Shown in pieces: positions 1 through 8,010 of a stretch of DNA of 64,000 nt. Origin of the DNA: Aquirufa sp. Its GTDB lineage: Bacteria > Bacteroidota > Bacteroidia > Cytophagales > Spirosomataceae. A model generated the notes under the pieces. That model did not search any database and was not told where the DNA came from. It saw only the letters and a list, made by a program, of their open reading frames with translations. The DNA lies in assembly GCA_044236555.1 (NCBI GenBank), contig JBIIGE010000001.1:669-64668 (forward strand). Reading direction: 5' to 3'. Both the position numbers and the translations under genes were made by a program. The first letter of the stretch is position 1; each line of letters opens with the position of its first letter.

Positions 1-411
1 CCAGGGGACCCAGCGGTGATGTCCTACGCGATTGATACGGTGACGGAATTCTTGAATAGTGATAAGCCTGTTTTTGGCATCTGTTTAGGTCACCAAATCC
101 TAGCACAAGTGGTGGGTTTATCTACTTATAAAATGCACAATGGGCACCGTGGTTTGAATCATCCGGTGAAGAATTTAATCTCAGGTTTATCAGAAATCAC
201 GTCCCAAAACCACGGTTTTGCAGTTAAAATGGAGGAGTTAAATTCTTCCGATAAAGCAGAATTGACTCACATTAACTTGAATGACCAAACAGTCGAAGGT
301 TTACGTGTGAAAGGACGTAAAGCATTCTCGGTGCAACATCACCCAGAAGCTAGTCCTGGACCTCATGATTCACGTTACTTGTTTGATCAGTTTATTGATC
401 TAATGAATTAA
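1..411 (+). CDS. carA: Carbamoyl-phosphate synthase small subunit (3' part; truncated by window edge)
   Basis: Frame open from base 1 (PGDP...). Glutamine amidotransferase motifs [25 protein letters not shown] and [12 protein letters not shown]. Confidence 0.97.
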   Translation, partial: PGDPAVMSYAIDTVTEFLNSDKPVFGICLGHQILAQVVGLSTYKMHNGHRGLNHPVKNLISGLSEITSQNHGFAVKMEELNSSDKAELTHINLNDQTVEGLRVKGRKAFSVQHHPEASPGPHDSRYLFDQFIDLMN

Positions 412-440
412 AAAAAGCCCTGAGAAATCAGGGCTTTTTT
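411..440. terminator. Bidirectional rho-independent terminator
   Basis: AAAAAAGCCCTGA-gaaa-TCAGGGCTTTTTT between convergent genes. Confidence 0.9.
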
Positions 441-441
441 G

Positions 442-1851
442 TTAGGCTTGATAGCCGAAGAGGGAATTCTCTTTAATCATTTTAGCGACCGATTTCGGTA
501 CTAATGGCACCCATTCATCACCGCCGGATTGAATCATTTCGAGCACCTTATCGGTACGAATATTCATTAGCTTTTCATCGTAGTTTTGAATTTCTGCTAA
601 CTTTTGATTTTCTAGTAAATACTGGAATAACCCGTTTAAATGAACCTCTGGTTGAAAGTTTTTGAGGTGAATAATCTCCCCATTTTCATCGATGGTAGGG
701 TAGAGGTATAATTTGATGTTTTGGCCAAATAAACAACCAAAAGCACTCATAATTCCCCCTGGCACTTCTTTGTAATGTTTTTCCTCGAAAATGTACTCTA
801 AGTTAGGCATACCCATGACTAAGGCCATTTTTAACTTAGAGAATTGACTTAAAAAGTCGACTAATTTGAAGTATTCGTGGAAGTTAGAGATTAATACCGT
901 TTGGCCTAAGGAACACAAAATATCCACCCGGTCTAAGAAGTCTTTCTCATCGATCTTGTGGGTTTCATTCTCTAAGCTTTTAAGCGTCAATTCAGACAGT
1001 ACACAGATTTTATCATCGTCCACATCTGGCTCTTGCTCAAATTGCGCAACGCCTTTCTTTAACATGTCCGAGAAGATATTTGTCACCGGACGGAAACGAC
1101 CACGAACCGCTACGATGTGCTTTTTTGACAAAGCGTCATAGGGTTGCATCACCTTTCCATCAGGACCAAAAACGGCCGCTTGCGTATACCCGTGCTTCAC
1201 TAAATACAGTGACATCAAGCGATTATCCACTTCTTTGAAGTCCGGCCCCTCGAAGCGAATCATGTCGATTTCGATGCGGTCTTTTGACAAATCATCTAAT
1301 AGGGATAAGAGTAATTTCTCTGGATTATCGTAATAATGGTAGCACCCGAACAACAAATTCACCCCAATCACCCCTAAAGCCTGTTGTTGCAAGATATTAT
1401 CATTGTCAAGCATATTGACGTGGATAACCACATCATTAAAACCGCCATTTGGTGTTAACTGAAAACGAAGTCCGATCCAGCCATGCGCGTCATTGGTTTT
1501 TTGAAAATTTAAGGCAGAAACGGTATCTGCAAAAGCAAAAAAGCGTTTTTCTGAAGCAGATTCGGTTAAGCGTACATTTAATAACTTGAATTCCCGATTT
1601 AACATTTTCATCAAACGGGGCTCGCAAACATATTTTCCTGAGGCCTCTTCGCCATAGATGGCATCTGAAAAAGCCATGTCATAAGCAGAGATGGTTTTAG
1701 CAATGGTACCAGATGCACCACCTGCTTTGAAAAAGTTAGCCGCTACATCCTGGCCCGCCCCGATTTCCGCGAAAGAACCGTAGATACTGCGATCTAGATT
1801 GATTTGAAGTGCTTTTTGCTTTGTTCCTATGGATTTAATGTGCGATGTCAT
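442..1851 (-). CDS. Conserved protein with CinA/PncC-like N-terminus and nucleotidyltransferase (NadD-like) C-terminus, both degenerate
   Basis: 469 aa. AEIGAGQ..GGASGT..SAY resembles PncC AES(C)TGG..PGSS..Y. RGRFRPVT resembles GxFxPxT/HIGH. C-terminal IRTDKVLEMIQSGGDEWVPLVPKSVAKMIKENSLFGY resembles the NadD/CoaD tail. Confidence 0.6.
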   Translation of the reverse strand: MTSHIKSIGTKQKALQINLDRSIYGSFAEIGAGQDVAANFFKAGGASGTIAKTISAYDMAFSDAIYGEEASGKYVCEPRLMKMLNREFKLLNVRLTESASEKRFFAFADTVSALNFQKTNDAHGWIGLRFQLTPNGGFNDVVIHVNMLDNDNILQQQALGVIGVNLLFGCYHYYDNPEKLLLSLLDDLSKDRIEIDMIRFEGPDFKEVDNRLMSLYLVKHGYTQAAVFGPDGKVMQPYDALSKKHIVAVRGRFRPVTNIFSDMLKKGVAQFEQEPDVDDDKICVLSELTLKSLENETHKIDEKDFLDRVDILCSLGQTVLISNFHEYFKLVDFLSQFSKLKMALVMGMPNLEYIFEEKHYKEVPGGIMSAFGCLFGQNIKLYLYPTIDENGEIIHLKNFQPEVHLNGLFQYLLENQKLAEIQNYDEKLMNIRTDKVLEMIQSGGDEWVPLVPKSVAKMIKENSLFGYQA

Positions 1852-1908
1852 AGGGTTTGTTTTAGTTTGTTGTCTTAGGCTTTTTTAAAAGTGCCGCAAT
1901 TTACGAAT

Positions 1909-2763
1909 TTATGGCCAAAATTCCCCCTTGTGATACAAGCAAAGTCCAGCCATCGGCTCCTCGCTGATATGTCCTATGGTCAAACCATTTCTTTTCATGA
2001 TTTTCTTTAAAATATCAGAATAATAGAAGGCCACCGAACCGGTGAAGTGGAAAGTCTGACCTTCTGGATAGCGTTTTAAATACAAGCTAATAAAGGCTTC
2101 AAAGGATTGCTCAATCACACCATAGCAGAAGCCATCCCTGCGGTGATCAAAAAGAAACTTAGAAAAACTCGCAAACCAGCGATTTGGAAACGATTGTTTG
2201 TAGGCCTTATCTAATACCGTTAGCCGGTCCAATACCCCGTACCGCTTTTCAAAAATGGCACGTAAATCTGCTGGCATTTGCCCATGCAAATAGCTTAGCA
2301 CTAAACTTTTGCCTAAATGCCCTCCACTACCTTCATCTCCTAGCCAAAAACCCAGCGGAGGAATTTGAACAGAAATTCGTCCGCCATCCCAATAACCTGA
2401 ATTAGAACCAGTCCCTAAAATACAGGCAACTCCAGCTGTTTTTCCACAAAGCGATCGCGCCGCCGCAATGAGGTCATTTTGAATATCGAATTGACAAGAA
2501 TCGGAGAAATAAGGCTGAAAAGCCTCCAAAACAACCTTACGCTGCTCATCCCCCGTTACCCCCGTACCATAATAAAACACGGCTTCTATGGGATAGCTTT
2601 CAAATCCAGCTAAGACTGAAGCTTGTGACGCCCTAATCTCTTCGCTGGTTTGATAATAGGGATTAATGCCATCGCTCGAAAAACTTTCATAAGGAGCATT
2701 GGGATCCTTAATGAGCCTCCAAGCCGTTTTAGTCGAACCACTTTCAATAATTAATATCATCAT
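1909..2763 (-). CDS. BadF/BadG/BcrA/BcrD-type ATPase, N-acetylglucosamine kinase-like
   Basis: IESGSTKTAW, GINPYY, ACILGTGSNS, LGDEGSG and FTGSVA motifs. Start overlaps the upstream stop (TAATG). Confidence 0.88.
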   Translation of the reverse strand: MMILIIESGSTKTAWRLIKDPNAPYESFSSDGINPYYQTSEEIRASQASVLAGFESYPIEAVFYYGTGVTGDEQRKVVLEAFQPYFSDSCQFDIQNDLIAAARSLCGKTAGVACILGTGSNSGYWDGGRISVQIPPLGFWLGDEGSGGHLGKSLVLSYLHGQMPADLRAIFEKRYGVLDRLTVLDKAYKQSFPNRWFASFSKFLFDHRRDGFCYGVIEQSFEAFISLYLKRYPEGQTFHFTGSVAFYYSDILKKIMKRNGLTIGHISEEPMAGLCLYHKGEFWP

Positions 2764-2990
2764 TAGGCTAGGATTCCAATAGGGGTGAATTTTTCAAAGA
2801 CTTTCTCAGAATGTGGCGCATCAGCGAGCTCAGGGGTTAAATCTTGGCCTGCCCAATGCTCATAGTGCTTTCCATTTTTCCACAGCTTTGAATCAGTCAT
2901 ATCATAGATGAGGCCTTGGAAGGCAACCCAAATTTCAGGCTTATCTTGCCCATTCCGAAGGGCTAATTGTCCGCGTGTATATGTCTTCAT
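2763..2990 (-). CDS. Cytochrome b5-like heme/steroid-binding domain protein
   Basis: YT..QLA..NGQD..IWVAFQGLIYDMT..W..GKH..H.AGQDLT..L..APH. Confidence 0.9.
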   Translation of the reverse strand: MKTYTRGQLALRNGQDKPEIWVAFQGLIYDMTDSKLWKNGKHYEHWAGQDLTPELADAPHSEKVFEKFTPIGILA

Positions 2991-3074
2991 ATTTTACACG
3001 AAGCTAAATAAAAAGGGACAAACCCGCCTTTTTTTCAGAAAGATTTTTAATTTTACACTGCAAAACTTTCGAAG

Positions 3075-3551
3075 ATGAAACAGATTCTTTTAGTATTATT
3101 CACGATTACTATGCTGGCATGCGGCGGCGGAGATCCTGCCCCGACTCCCACTCCACCACCACCCACTGTTAATGTGGCTACTCTAGTAAAAAAGGTGTGG
3201 ACTGCGAGTTCCGTTCAATGGGATGGGGTGACTAAATACGAAAAGTCAGGTACTTCGAATGTTGTGCAAGGTTACTCACAGTATAAGTTAGATTTGTCTA
3301 ATGCGAGTAATGTGACCTTGACAGAGTTTGATGGTAAAATTTTCACTGGAACCTATACGGTTGCTACAGATGGGAAAAGCCTAACATTAAGTGGTTTAAC
3401 TAGTGCGGAAGGCGCGCCGACCGGTTCGAATGGAACAATAGTCTATACTATTTTATCTACCCCAACAGCTACAGCCTTAAGTTTACAACAAACAACAGCC
3501 TATGTGAAAGCAAGCAGTGCAATTGTTAAACTAGGTTTAGTTGCTCCTTAA
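3075..3551 (+). CDS. Hypothetical lipoprotein (Pro-rich linker, beta-rich lipocalin-like domain)
   Basis: Signal peptide with lipobox MLA-C, then GGGDPAPTPTPPPP. Confidence 0.75.
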   Translation: MKQILLVLFTITMLACGGGDPAPTPTPPPPTVNVATLVKKVWTASSVQWDGVTKYEKSGTSNVVQGYSQYKLDLSNASNVTLTEFDGKIFTGTYTVATDGKSLTLSGLTSAEGAPTGSNGTIVYTILSTPTATALSLQQTTAYVKASSAIVKLGLVAP

Positions 3552-3569
3552 TAAGTATTTATTTTATTG

Positions 3570-3593
3570 AAGCCGTCCCTCGGACGGCTTTTT
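3570..3593 (+). terminator. Intrinsic terminator-like hairpin
   Basis: AAGCCGTCC-ctc-GGACGGCTT followed by TTT. Confidence 0.75.
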
Positions 3594-3600
3594 GTGTTAT

Positions 3601-4626
3601 ATGGAAAAGAGAACAGAAATTGGCGAAATTGGAGAGTTTGGTTTAATAAATCGCATTGCTGCTGCGTTTACTGAAAAACAAGATTGGACAGATCTAGGTA
3701 TCGGAGACGATACAGCTGTTTTAGATCCCCAAGGGAATAAGGTAGTAACCACTACCGAATTATTCATCGAAGGAGTTCATTTTGATTTAGGCTACACACC
3801 GCTGCAGCATTTAGGGTTTAAAGTGGTTTCTGTTGTGCTTTCTGATATCGCTGCTATGAATGCGATTCCAGCCCAACTCACTATTGGACTAGGTCTTAGC
3901 AATCGTTTCTCCGTGGAATCAGTAGATGCGCTCTATGAAGGCATTAAATTAGCCTGTGATGAATACAAAGTAGATTTAGTGGGAGGGGATACGACTTCTA
4001 GTCCACAAGGCTTAATCATTTCTATGACAGCAACAGGCGTGGTAGAAGCGGAGAAATTAGTCCAGCGGGGCACGTCTAAGCCCAATGATGTACTTTGTGT
4101 TTCAGGTGATTTAGGTGCGGCGTTGATGGGTTTGCATTCTTTGGAAAGAGAAAAACAAGTTTTCTTAGCTAACCCCGATATGAAACCGGAATTAGAGGGC
4201 AAAAGCTATGTTGTGTTGCGTCAGCTGAAACCGATGGCCCGTTTTGATATCATCCACGAACTAAGAGAATTAGGCGTTGTACCTACTTCGATGATCGATT
4301 GTTCCGATGGTTTAGCCTCTGAGATTATTCATTTATGCAATGCATCAGGCTTAGGGGCTCGTATTTTCGAGAAAAATATCCCTATCGATGATGAGACCTA
4401 TCTTTCAGCCACAGAATTTAATGTAAGTCCCTTAACGGCTGCTTTGAATGGAGGAGAAGATTATGAATTAGTATTTACGGTTTCGCAGGAGGATTTTCCC
4501 AAAGTGGAAAAGATCGCTGATGTTACCGCTATAGGCTATATGACCAATGTAAGTCACGAACGTGTAATGGTTATGAAATCAGATGCAATTGTTGATTTAA
4601 CGGCACCTGGATTCGGAAAGTCCTAA
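3601..4626 (+). CDS. thiL: Thiamine-monophosphate kinase
   Basis: GEFGLI, GIGDDTAV, EGVHF, SDIAAM, GGDTT, MIDCSDGL and GGEDYELVFT. ATG at 3601 preferred over TTG at 3592. Confidence 0.96.
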   Translation: MEKRTEIGEIGEFGLINRIAAAFTEKQDWTDLGIGDDTAVLDPQGNKVVTTTELFIEGVHFDLGYTPLQHLGFKVVSVVLSDIAAMNAIPAQLTIGLGLSNRFSVESVDALYEGIKLACDEYKVDLVGGDTTSSPQGLIISMTATGVVEAEKLVQRGTSKPNDVLCVSGDLGAALMGLHSLEREKQVFLANPDMKPELEGKSYVVLRQLKPMARFDIIHELRELGVVPTSMIDCSDGLASEIIHLCNASGLGARIFEKNIPIDDETYLSATEFNVSPLTAALNGGEDYELVFTVSQEDFPKVEKIADVTAIGYMTNVSHERVMVMKSDAIVDLTAPGFGKS

Positions 4627-4687
4627 TCCGTTTGTCGACATAATTTGCCGTTTGATAAATTTGTGCTTGGTTTAGGGATTTAATTGG

Positions 4688-4695
4688 TAATTTTG
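4688..4695 (+). promoter_or_regulatory. Bacteroidota sigma-A -7 element
   Basis: TAATTTTG (TAnnTTTG) upstream of the CapD-like gene. Confidence 0.55.
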
Positions 4696-4762
4696 AATGT
4701 TGGAAATTGTCTGACATTAATTTAGTAGTTAATCCGTGTATTTGTTTTAGAGATTACCACTT

Positions 4763-6682
4763 ATGACGAAATCTTCCTTCATCCGGAAATATTCGAATCG
4801 CTTTCTCTCGAGATGGCTCGTATTGGTCTTTGATTCACTCATCGTACTTTTCTCATTTTCTATTGCTACGCTTTTGAGAATGAATTTCCAATTATCGGAA
4901 ATTGATTTCTCTATTTTTGCCTCTCAGTTAATCTTTGTGTTAGGCTTGCGTCTTTTAGCTTTTTTATATTTCCAATCCTACGCAGGAATTATTCGGCATA
5001 CCAGTATTGAGGATGCCATATTGATATTAAAAGCGGTATTTGCCGGTTCATTTGGTGCTGTACTTGTTTCTGCTGTTATTAGAAATACGATGGGTTTCGA
5101 ACACGTATTCAATTTATCAGCCTCTATCTTAATTATTGACTTTTTTATTTGCCTATTCTGGATGGTCATTCTTCGCTTTTTTGTGAAGAGCTTTTACGAA
5201 TCCTTTATTAATCAATTCAAGCCGACCATAGGGGTCTTGATTTATGGAGCAGGTTATACAGGAATGTTGACGAAGAATGTGTTCCAAACGGATCGTTCTA
5301 CTAATTATAAAATCTTAGGTTTTATTGATGATAATGAATCTAAGATTGGTAAAACCATCGAAGGGATTAAGGTATACAGTTTGCCAGAAGTATTAGATAA
5401 GTTTGTAGGCTCTAATGAAGGCTTAGAGGTGATTATGGCCATTAACAATATGTCTGCTAAGTCTAAGCGTAAAATATCTGATATTTTCTTGGACCGTGGT
5501 GTAGTGGTAAAGGCCCTGCCTCCGGTAGATAAGTGGGTAGAAGGGGAGTTTGCCATGAATCAGATTCACAATGTGAAGATTGAAGATTTGTTAGGCAGGG
5601 AGGTTATTCAGATGAATAACAAGCGCATAGGGGAGGAGATATCCGGGAAAGTCATCTTAGTGACCGGAGCGGCAGGTTCGATCGGAAGTGAAATTGTACG
5701 TCAACTCATTGCATATTTCCCGTCAAAATTAGTCTTAGTCGATCAGGCAGAATCAGCCTTGTATGATTTAGAGTATGAATTAGCTGGAAAAGTTCCTACG
5801 AATGTGCAGTTAATCGTTAATGTGGCAGACGTCTCTGATACGAGACGCGTAAGTAAGATTTTTAACAACCACCAACCGGATATAATCTTCCACGCTGCGG
5901 CCTATAAGCATGTGCCTTTGATGGAAAATAATCCGTACGAAGCGATTAAAACCAATGTAATCGGAACACGAATCTTAGCCGAATTAGCCTCAGAGTTAGG
6001 GGTAGAGAAATTTGTCATGGTATCTACCGATAAGGCAGTTAATCCAACGAATGTGATGGGTGCTACGAAGCGATTAGCGGAGATGTATACCCAGTCGATG
6101 AACCAGTTAGAAGGGGTGAAGACAAAGTTTATTGCGACCCGTTTTGGAAATGTATTAGGTTCGAATGGTTCTGTCATTCCTTTATTTAAGAAGCAAATTG
6201 AGCGTGGGGGCCCGGTAACGGTGACACATCCAGAAATTACGCGTTATTTTATGACCATTCCAGAGGCCTGCGAGCTGGTTTTAGAAGCGGCAACCATGGG
6301 CCAGGGTGGCGAAGTATTTGTCTTTGATATGGGCGAATCAGTGAAGATTATTGATTTAGCTAAGAAGATGATCACGCTGAGTGGATTGCGCGTAGATAAG
6401 GATATTGAAATTAGATACACCGGTTTGCGTCCTGGCGAAAAGCTCTATGAGGAGTTGTTAAACAATGACGAAAATACCCTTCCTACACACCATCCTAAGA
6501 TTTTAATTGCGGAAGTGAATACGCCTTCTTATGCCTACATGGAAGTGGCTACGAATGACTTAAATCAATTGTTATCCGCAGGAGACAACAATGCGATTGT
6601 TTCTAAAATCAAGGAAATTATTCCGGAGTATAAATCAAACAATTCGGTGTTTGAGACATTAGACAAGAAATCGTCTAAATAA
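4763..6682 (+). CDS. Membrane-bound UDP-N-acetylhexosamine 4,6-dehydratase (CapD/PglF/WbpM family)
   Basis: Four N-terminal TM segments, IYGAG, IEDLLGR, VTGAAGSIGSEI, HAAAYKHVP, STDKAVNPTNVMGATK, RFGNVLGSNGSV and GLRPGEKLYEEL. Confidence 0.95.
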   Translation: MTKSSFIRKYSNRFLSRWLVLVFDSLIVLFSFSIATLLRMNFQLSEIDFSIFASQLIFVLGLRLLAFLYFQSYAGIIRHTSIEDAILILKAVFAGSFGAVLVSAVIRNTMGFEHVFNLSASILIIDFFICLFWMVILRFFVKSFYESFINQFKPTIGVLIYGAGYTGMLTKNVFQTDRSTNYKILGFIDDNESKIGKTIEGIKVYSLPEVLDKFVGSNEGLEVIMAINNMSAKSKRKISDIFLDRGVVVKALPPVDKWVEGEFAMNQIHNVKIEDLLGREVIQMNNKRIGEEISGKVILVTGAAGSIGSEIVRQLIAYFPSKLVLVDQAESALYDLEYELAGKVPTNVQLIVNVADVSDTRRVSKIFNNHQPDIIFHAAAYKHVPLMENNPYEAIKTNVIGTRILAELASELGVEKFVMVSTDKAVNPTNVMGATKRLAEMYTQSMNQLEGVKTKFIATRFGNVLGSNGSVIPLFKKQIERGGPVTVTHPEITRYFMTIPEACELVLEAATMGQGGEVFVFDMGESVKIIDLAKKMITLSGLRVDKDIEIRYTGLRPGEKLYEELLNNDENTLPTHHPKILIAEVNTPSYAYMEVATNDLNQLLSAGDNNAIVSKIKEIIPEYKSNNSVFETLDKKSSK

Positions 6683-7292
6683 TCCCTGTCTTTTTGACTA
6701 ACCAGATGGCCGCACCTGTAAAGAGTGGAGCTGCTGCTATGTCCACACTGTAATGCACGTGTTGGATCAAAAGTAAGGCTACTAATACGAGGCTAAGCAT
6801 AATGGCAATCCGCCTTTCTCGCTGAGTAGGAAGAAAGAAGCAAACAAAAACCATCGTGGCTGTATGGCCTGAGAAAAACAGGTCTTTTGTGATGGCCATG
6901 TTTTCTCCATAGATGAAAATTTCTGCAAGGGGATCATGTAAATCAACTAAGCCGGCTGGTGGATTCAAGGCCACTAAATAGATGGTCAAAAAGCGGAATC
7001 CAGTCTCTAAGTTGAAGGCCCAGGCAAACCAAAGGAACCTTTTAGGGTCATGCAAGAGACGATACAATAAATAAATTACCGACATATAGATGATTCCAAA
7101 AATTGGGTAGGAAACATTTAGGGCCGGAAGGATGTTAAGTAGTGGATCGTTCCATTGTATACCCTCTCTTTGTTGGATCCATTGGAAGTAATCATCCGCC
7201 TTAAATGGGAAGATGAGAAACACGGCAAGAGCCCCTATAAATGGGAGGACAAAAGTGCGATCTTCAAAGGAGGCTTTCCAGGATTGTTTCAA
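6675..7292 (-). CDS. PAP2-related membrane protein of the sphingomyelin/IPC synthase-like family
   Basis: Multi-TM protein with DLFFSGHT and HYSVDI motifs. TTG at 7292 chosen because the track start at 7397 overlaps msrA. Confidence 0.8.
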   Translation of the reverse strand: MKQSWKASFEDRTFVLPFIGALAVFLIFPFKADDYFQWIQQREGIQWNDPLLNILPALNVSYPIFGIIYMSVIYLLYRLLHDPKRFLWFAWAFNLETGFRFLTIYLVALNPPAGLVDLHDPLAEIFIYGENMAITKDLFFSGHTATMVFVCFFLPTQRERRIAIMLSLVLVALLLIQHVHYSVDIAAAPLFTGAAIWLVKKTGII

Positions 7293-7350
7293 GTTTGAAC
7301 GAAAATTAGGTAATTTGGGAAGCGAAATTAGTGCTAAAAATGAAATTAAG

Positions 7351-8010
7351 ATGAAAAAAATCTCAAAAATTACAGTTATTGTGTTGAGCATCATCACAAG
7401 CGCTTTTCATTTTTCTTGTGGCAGTGCCGCAGAAAGTAGTGCAAGTAAGACGAGTAAACAGACAACAAATATGGATCAGAAATTAGAGAAAATCACTTTT
7501 GGGGCAGGATGCTTTTGGTGTGTGGAAGCCGTTTTTCAACGGGTAAAAGGAGTGAAATCAGTAACATCCGGGTATATGGGAGGAAAGATGAAGAATCCGA
7601 CCTACCGCGAAGTTTGCTCTGGACTTACCGGGCACGCCGAGGTTTGTCAGTTAAGCTATGACCCTGCGGAGGTGAGCGTGGCTACCTTGCTGGAGATATT
7701 TTGGCAAACTCATGATCCTACCACCTTGAATAGACAGGGGGCAGATACGGGTACGCAATACCGCAGTGCGGTGTTTTTCCATACCCCTGAGCAGCAAAAA
7801 GAAGCGAATGCTTGGAAGCAGAAATTGAATGAATCCCGTGTTTTTCCAAACCCAATCGTAACGGAGATCACCCCAGCCTCGGAATTTTATGTGGCAGAAG
7901 ACTACCACCAGAATTATTTCAATGAGAATGGAACGGAGCCTTATTGCCAAATCGTTATTAAGCCCAAAATGGACAAATTCTTAAAGGCTTTTAAATCTAA
8001 GTTAAACTAG
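7351..8010 (+). CDS. msrA: Peptide-methionine (S)-S-oxide reductase with predicted lipoprotein signal
   Basis: GAGCFWC, GHAEV, HDPTTLNRQGAD.GTQYRS and FYVAEDYHQNY. N-terminal MKKISKITVIVLSIITSAFHFS-C. Confidence 0.95.
   Translation: MKKISKITVIVLSIITSAFHFSCGSAAESSASKTSKQTTNMDQKLEKITFGAGCFWCVEAVFQRVKGVKSVTSGYMGGKMKNPTYREVCSGLTGHAEVCQLSYDPAEVSVATLLEIFWQTHDPTTLNRQGADTGTQYRSAVFFHTPEQQKEANAWKQKLNESRVFPNPIVTEITPASEFYVAEDYHQNYFNENGTEPYCQIVIKPKMDKFLKAFKSKLN

Noticed and set aside
442-1851. TonB-dependent receptor (a label I recall being attached to this family)
   Set aside because: No signal peptide, no beta-barrel pattern and too short; the sequence reads as a cytoplasmic alpha/beta protein.
3552-3600. 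TPP riboswitch upstream of thiL
   Set aside because: The gap is only 49 nt and lacks the CUGAGA/aptamer core.
7213-7397. Apparent head-to-head overlap of msrA and the PAP2-like ORF
   Set aside because: Artefact of longest-ORF calling. Starts at 7351 (+) and 7292 (-) remove the overlap.
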